From a bacterium (GTDB lineage: Bacteria > Patescibacteriota > Minisyncoccia > Phycocordibacterales > CAIZLB01): a DNA stretch of 64,000 nucleotides. The translations under genes and the position numbers were made by a program. The stretch is taken from positions 104,174 to 168,173 of the forward strand of contig JBAXXP010000001.1 of the NCBI GenBank assembly GCA_037127815.1, read 5' to 3'. The notes under the pieces are model-generated. The model was not told the DNA's origin and made no database searches. It saw only the letters and a list, made by a program, of their open reading frames with translations. This document shows, piece by piece, positions 60,205 to 64,000 of the stretch; within the stretch, counting starts at the first letter, position 1; each line of letters begins with the position of its first letter.

Positions 60205-62034
60205 ATGAACAAAACAAAAGACAGCAATATTTGCAAAAAAGATGGTGGAAAAAAAATTGGCATAGTAATATTTTTTTCTTTAGCTTTTTTAATTTTTAGT
60301 TTGGGTGTCGCCAGTGCTCAAACAAATCTTACGGACAACCCACTTTTAAATCTAGCTCCTGAACCACCAGCTGCATCAACTCAAACCAAAGTAGACACAG
60401 CAGGAGCTCCAAAAGCAACAGTAGTTACAGAGGGTGCACCAAAAGCAACAATTGTTGATGAAAGTGGGGCCAGTAACGCTTCAGCAAATAAAAGTAATAC
60501 TGGAACAACGGCGGCCGCACCAGGTGGAGCAGCATCCTCTGTAACATCAACTGGAGCTTGCGTTGGTGGTCAAATGCTTGCAAAACTAATGACAAGCGCC
60601 ATTTCAGCTGGAATAGGCGCCTTAAAAGGAGGAACAATGGGTGTTGCAGAACGTTTGTTAAATGTACCATCAACAAACGCACTAACGGAGTCAGCAAGAA
60701 ACCAGGAAGCTAAATTAAATGCTGAAAATGGTATATTTATTTTTGGTGTTCAAACTGGAATAAGTTGGGATGGAATTGCATACTGTATTGTAAACACAGT
60801 AATAGATTATATTGTTAATTCAACAATTCAATGGGCAAACTCAGGATTCAAAGGAAACCCTGCCTTTATCAGAAACCCTCAGCAATTTTTTAAGGGATTA
60901 GCAGACCAAACAGCAGCACAATTTATTAGAGAGGTTGCGTATAATGAAACAGGTATAGATGTCTGTAAGCCATTTAGAGTTGTAATTGCAACAGGTTTAG
61001 CTGGTAGTTATTCTAATTTAACAAACGGAAAGTCTATACAGTCTTGTTCACTATCACAAATGCAGCAAACAGCAATGCAGTCAGGAAAATATTCAATAAC
61101 AACCCCTACGGATTGGATTGCTTTAACAAAACCTCAGAACAATAAGTATTATTCATATATAAACGCAGGGGAAGAGATGAGCAAAAGAGTTGCTGTCAAA
61201 AATAACACAGCAAGACTTGACCTTTCAATAAACAGAGGGTTTCTTAGTTACAAAAAATGTAAAGATGAAAGCAAGCCAGAAAGCAAAACAAACCCTTGTG
61301 ACACACTAACACCGGGATCAATGATTGCTGATTCGCTGTCTACAACACTAAATATACCAAAAAACAGACTTGTATCAGCTCAAAAATTTGATCAAATGGT
61401 TGATGCGATTGTGAACAACCTGATAAAGATAGCGTTGAGCAAGACGCTTGAAAGCGTAACTGGACAGGCCCCAACAGCCGCTGTTCAATCAGACTATTAT
61501 AATATAGTAGCAAACAACGCAACAGCTTATAATGCTGCAAATATACCTACAGGCCCAGTTGGGCAAGGTGGAACTATAGGTACTTCCGGAGGGCCTCTTC
61601 TTCAGCAAATATTGAGTGGTGCCACTTTTTCTAATAACGATTGGAATACCTATGCCGTACAACAATTGGTTGCATCGGGTATAGCCAACCTACCAGTTAG
61701 TGATGCTTCAACATATTTTTCAGGCGGGGTACCATCAGTTCAAGGATACTTAAGTATAATGGCAGCAATAGCACAAAAAGAATCTGGTGGTCAAGCAAAA
61801 CCAGCAAGATACCAGGAGACAAAGATTGGTAATGGTACCACATATTCAGTGGGATTAATGAGTCTAACACCCGGAGATTTGGGCACAGGAAATATGACAT
61901 ACGATGACCTAGAAGATCCATATAACAACATTAGAATTGCCGTAGGAATTATGGCCAACTTAGTAAGAAAATATGGTGTTCTTCATGGGCCAAACAACAC
62001 AGGATTATCAGCATATTGGTCAACGTTTAGATAG
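60205..62034 (+). CDS. Secreted protein with C-terminal lytic transglycosylase (SLT-like) domain
   Basis: signal peptide; C-terminus AIAQKESGGQ ... VGLMSL ... NIRIAVGIMANL resembles SLT ES.../GLMQ/ NIRAGAAYL motifs. Confidence 0.55.
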   Translation: MNKTKDSNICKKDGGKKIGIVIFFSLAFLIFSLGVASAQTNLTDNPLLNLAPEPPAASTQTKVDTAGAPKATVVTEGAPKATIVDESGASNASANKSNTGTTAAAPGGAASSVTSTGACVGGQMLAKLMTSAISAGIGALKGGTMGVAERLLNVPSTNALTESARNQEAKLNAENGIFIFGVQTGISWDGIAYCIVNTVIDYIVNSTIQWANSGFKGNPAFIRNPQQFFKGLADQTAAQFIREVAYNETGIDVCKPFRVVIATGLAGSYSNLTNGKSIQSCSLSQMQQTAMQSGKYSITTPTDWIALTKPQNNKYYSYINAGEEMSKRVAVKNNTARLDLSINRGFLSYKKCKDESKPESKTNPCDTLTPGSMIADSLSTTLNIPKNRLVSAQKFDQMVDAIVNNLIKIALSKTLESVTGQAPTAAVQSDYYNIVANNATAYNAANIPTGPVGQGGTIGTSGGPLLQQILSGATFSNNDWNTYAVQQLVASGIANLPVSDASTYFSGGVPSVQGYLSIMAAIAQKESGGQAKPARYQETKIGNGTTYSVGLMSLTPGDLGTGNMTYDDLEDPYNNIRIAVGIMANLVRKYGVLHGPNNTGLSAYWSTFR

Positions 62035-62116
62035 GGATAATGTGTAAGTTAAAAATAACCAAAATGGTTAATAAACAACTTATTATTTTTTTAAAGATGG
62101 TATATAATATTAACGA

Positions 62117-64000
62117 ATGAATCTGTTTAAAAACACAACAATAAAAACAAAAGTTTCTTTAGTGGTGGTGTTTTTATTCTTATTTTTAACACACAATAAA
62201 GTGGTATCGGCTAGTCCGTTCGATGACCAAGTTAAAGCTGCAACACAGCAGGAGTCTGGGATTGTTAAAGACTCTAATGGCCAAATAAGTACAGCACCAG
62301 TAGGGTGGTTCTCAACTAACTATGGCGAACTATACAATGCGGCGACCCCTGAAAAAAAAGCATTGATGACTCCAGAGATGTCAAAGTTATATGACACTAT
62401 ATTACCTTTAGAACAACAACTTATTGGTCTAAATAATGATGCGAATGCAGGCAATCAAAGCCAAAGAACACAACTTGCTTTATCAATTGCACAAGCAAAA
62501 GTAGCCTTTAAGACAAACCTTGGTCTTGGTGCTACAACCGAAGAAGCTACTGCTGCACAACTTCAAGGTCAGGTTATTTTTTGTCTAGGTGGATCCGGCG
62601 TCATTCCAACATTGAATATCCCTGGATGTATTGCAATCGTATCATATGAAATACTATATTTAACATCTTGGGTTCTTTGGGTTGCAGCACTGATGTTTGA
62701 TTGGACAATTGCATGGAGCCTTTCCATGCGAGATATTGTTAACAGCTTTGCCGCAATACAATATGGATGGGAGACCTTTAGAAATGTTATTAACTTGTTC
62801 TTCATACTTATTCTTGTTTACATATCTATAGCTACAATACTTCAAATAAGTGGATATGGTTACAAGCAATTACTTGGAAAATTGGTTATTGCAGCTTTTT
62901 TAATTAACTTTAGTATGTTCTTTACTGAAATTATAATAGATCTAAGTAATATGACAGCCCTTGTTTTCTATAAGCAAATAATGGTCGATGCAGATAAGTT
63001 TGCGTCCTTAGGATCAGCTGGAGCACCAGGCGGAGCTTCTACTACAACAAATCAAAACCTTTCTCTTGGAATAATGAATGCACTTGGTTTGCAGACAATT
63101 TGGGGTGTAGGCCAAGCCAATAAAGGACTTGGTACGGCTTCTTCATCACAAACACAAGGAAACAATCCGGCTGTAACTGGGGGAGGAAGTGTTGCTGCAG
63201 CTGGAACTGGTCAGGCTGCTATTATTGACCCTTGGAAGATGACTCTTGTTGGTCTTGGTGGATCTGTCTTCATACTAATCCTGTCTTTTATTTTCTTTGC
63301 TGCTTCCTTAATGTTTATGGTAAGGGTACTTATATTAATTATTCTTATAATTACCTCACCAATCGCATTTTCAGCAAACGTGCTACCTGGTACAAAATTC
63401 TTGTCCGATAAATGGTGGAAACAACTCAATAGTAATGTTTTGTTTGCACCCGTCTACATGGCTTTAATGTTTATTACATTAAAAATGATTTGGGGAGGAA
63501 GTAATCATGTTACAAACTTGCTGTCCTTGCTTGCTAACGAGAGCGCAAGTGGTATGCAATCTATAGTATTCTTCTTGTTACTATCTGCCATGTTGGTTGC
63601 CTGCCTTACTGTAGCGTCATCCTTAGGTGCAACAGGGTCTAAGACAATGCAAAGCTGGGGAAAGAGTGCTAGTTCAGGTGCAAAGAAGTTTGCAATAAAC
63701 AGAGCGGCAGCTCCAGTTAGTTACATAGCAGACAAGGCATCTAAAAATGCTTTTATAGCAAGAAATGCACCTATACTTCTTCAGGGCGCAGACAAACTTG
63801 CTCAAGCAAAACTTGGTGGAACTTCAACATATAGATCTAGAGTTGCTGATGACAAAAAGATGTATCAAGCAAGAGGGGATTTAGTTAAAAATGCAGTTAC
63901 AGGAGAGCTTATCAGAGGTAGAAACGAAAGCTTAAAAGCTTTTGATGATAGAAAGAAAAACCAAACAGAAGCCGGGGAGATGGCACAAAGGAAACAATTA
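62117..64000 (+). CDS. Polytopic membrane protein with signal peptide, VirB6/TrbL-like architecture (partial, continues beyond window)
   Basis: manual translation from ATG 62117 is open to the window end (628 codons); signal peptide, 150-aa periplasmic domain, 6 to 7 TM helices, then K/R-rich soluble tail. Confidence 0.45.
   Translation, partial: MNLFKNTTIKTKVSLVVVFLFLFLTHNKVVSASPFDDQVKAATQQESGIVKDSNGQISTAPVGWFSTNYGELYNAATPEKKALMTPEMSKLYDTILPLEQQLIGLNNDANAGNQSQRTQLALSIAQAKVAFKTNLGLGATTEEATAAQLQGQVIFCLGGSGVIPTLNIPGCIAIVSYEILYLTSWVLWVAALMFDWTIAWSLSMRDIVNSFAAIQYGWETFRNVINLFFILILVYISIATILQISGYGYKQLLGKLVIAAFLINFSMFFTEIIIDLSNMTALVFYKQIMVDADKFASLGSAGAPGGASTTTNQNLSLGIMNALGLQTIWGVGQANKGLGTASSSQTQGNNPAVTGGGSVAAAGTGQAAIIDPWKMTLVGLGGSVFILILSFIFFAASLMFMVRVLILIILIITSPIAFSANVLPGTKFLSDKWWKQLNSNVLFAPVYMALMFITLKMIWGGSNHVTNLLSLLANESASGMQSIVFFLLLSAMLVACLTVASSLGATGSKTMQSWGKSASSGAKKFAINRAAAPVSYIADKASKNAFIARNAPILLQGADKLAQAKLGGTSTYRSRVADDKKMYQARGDLVKNAVTGELIRGRNESLKAFDDRKKNQTEAGEMAQRKQL

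Noticed and set aside
1-64000. Alternative genetic code (UGA recoding, as in some CPR lineages)
   Set aside because: Long conserved genes (tuf, fusA, pilB, pcrA, rny) are full length with standard stops and no internal TGA-interrupted homology. Code 11 fits.
1-64000. CRISPR arrays, transposases, integrases with att sites, rRNA genes
   Set aside because: No regularly spaced direct repeats, no transposase or IS-like ORFs and no rRNA-like segments were seen. The only recombinase is a XerC/D-type housekeeping enzyme next to xth.

Overview
This looks like a low-GC, standard-genetic-code bacterial chromosome segment. It probably comes from a reduced-genome or CPR/Patescibacteria-like organism, though that is inference only. 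The core layout is as follows.

- **Ribosomal block (minus strand, 1..9741):** a long S10/spc ribosomal-protein block running S14Z, L5, L24, L14, S17, L29, L16, S3, L22, S19, then two inserted paralogous genes, then L2, L23, L4, L3, S10 and tuf.
- **Displaced str operon (minus strand):** rpsL, rpsG and fusA (13428..16687) are separated from tuf by a TrmB-like regulator, a secreted coiled-coil protein and about 1.7 kb of non-coding DNA.
- **Strongest finding:** inside that non-coding DNA, on the minus strand, sit two canonical type III hammerhead ribozyme motifs in tandem (about 10440..10494 and 10029..10090). They delimit a 405-nt unit carrying a 79-aa ORF. This resembles a DNA-encoded, viroid- or retrozyme-like self-cleaving and possibly circularising RNA element.
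- **Competence and surface machinery:** a ComEC homologue split into two genes with an Fe/Mn superoxide dismutase between them, and a complete type IV pilus operon (pilB, pilC, pilin, two pseudopilins).
- **Other core genes:** an M50 protease, L28, RNase HI with a C-terminal hybrid-binding domain, RecJ, a HIT protein, an ORF6N-domain protein, pgk and tpiA, an ABC exporter, nusA, ppa, a trigger factor with no PPIase domain, rsmE, clpP, RNase Y and HU.
- **tRNA island and origin-like DNA:** four tRNAs (Gly-TCC, Pro-TGG, Gly-GCC, Arg-TCG) sit next to a cca gene. Perfect DnaA boxes and TAAAGGACA repeats lie beside them, suggesting an origin-like or DnaA-regulatory region.
- **Remaining genes:** xth, xerC/D, S15, a NYN-domain protein, DksA/TraR, ComM, a LysM-M23 peptidase, PcrA and KsgA.
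- **Window end:** a possible type IV secretion-like pair, a secreted lytic-transglycosylase-domain protein followed by a VirB6/TrbL-like polytopic membrane protein that runs off the window.

No CRISPR array, transposase or rRNA gene was seen.
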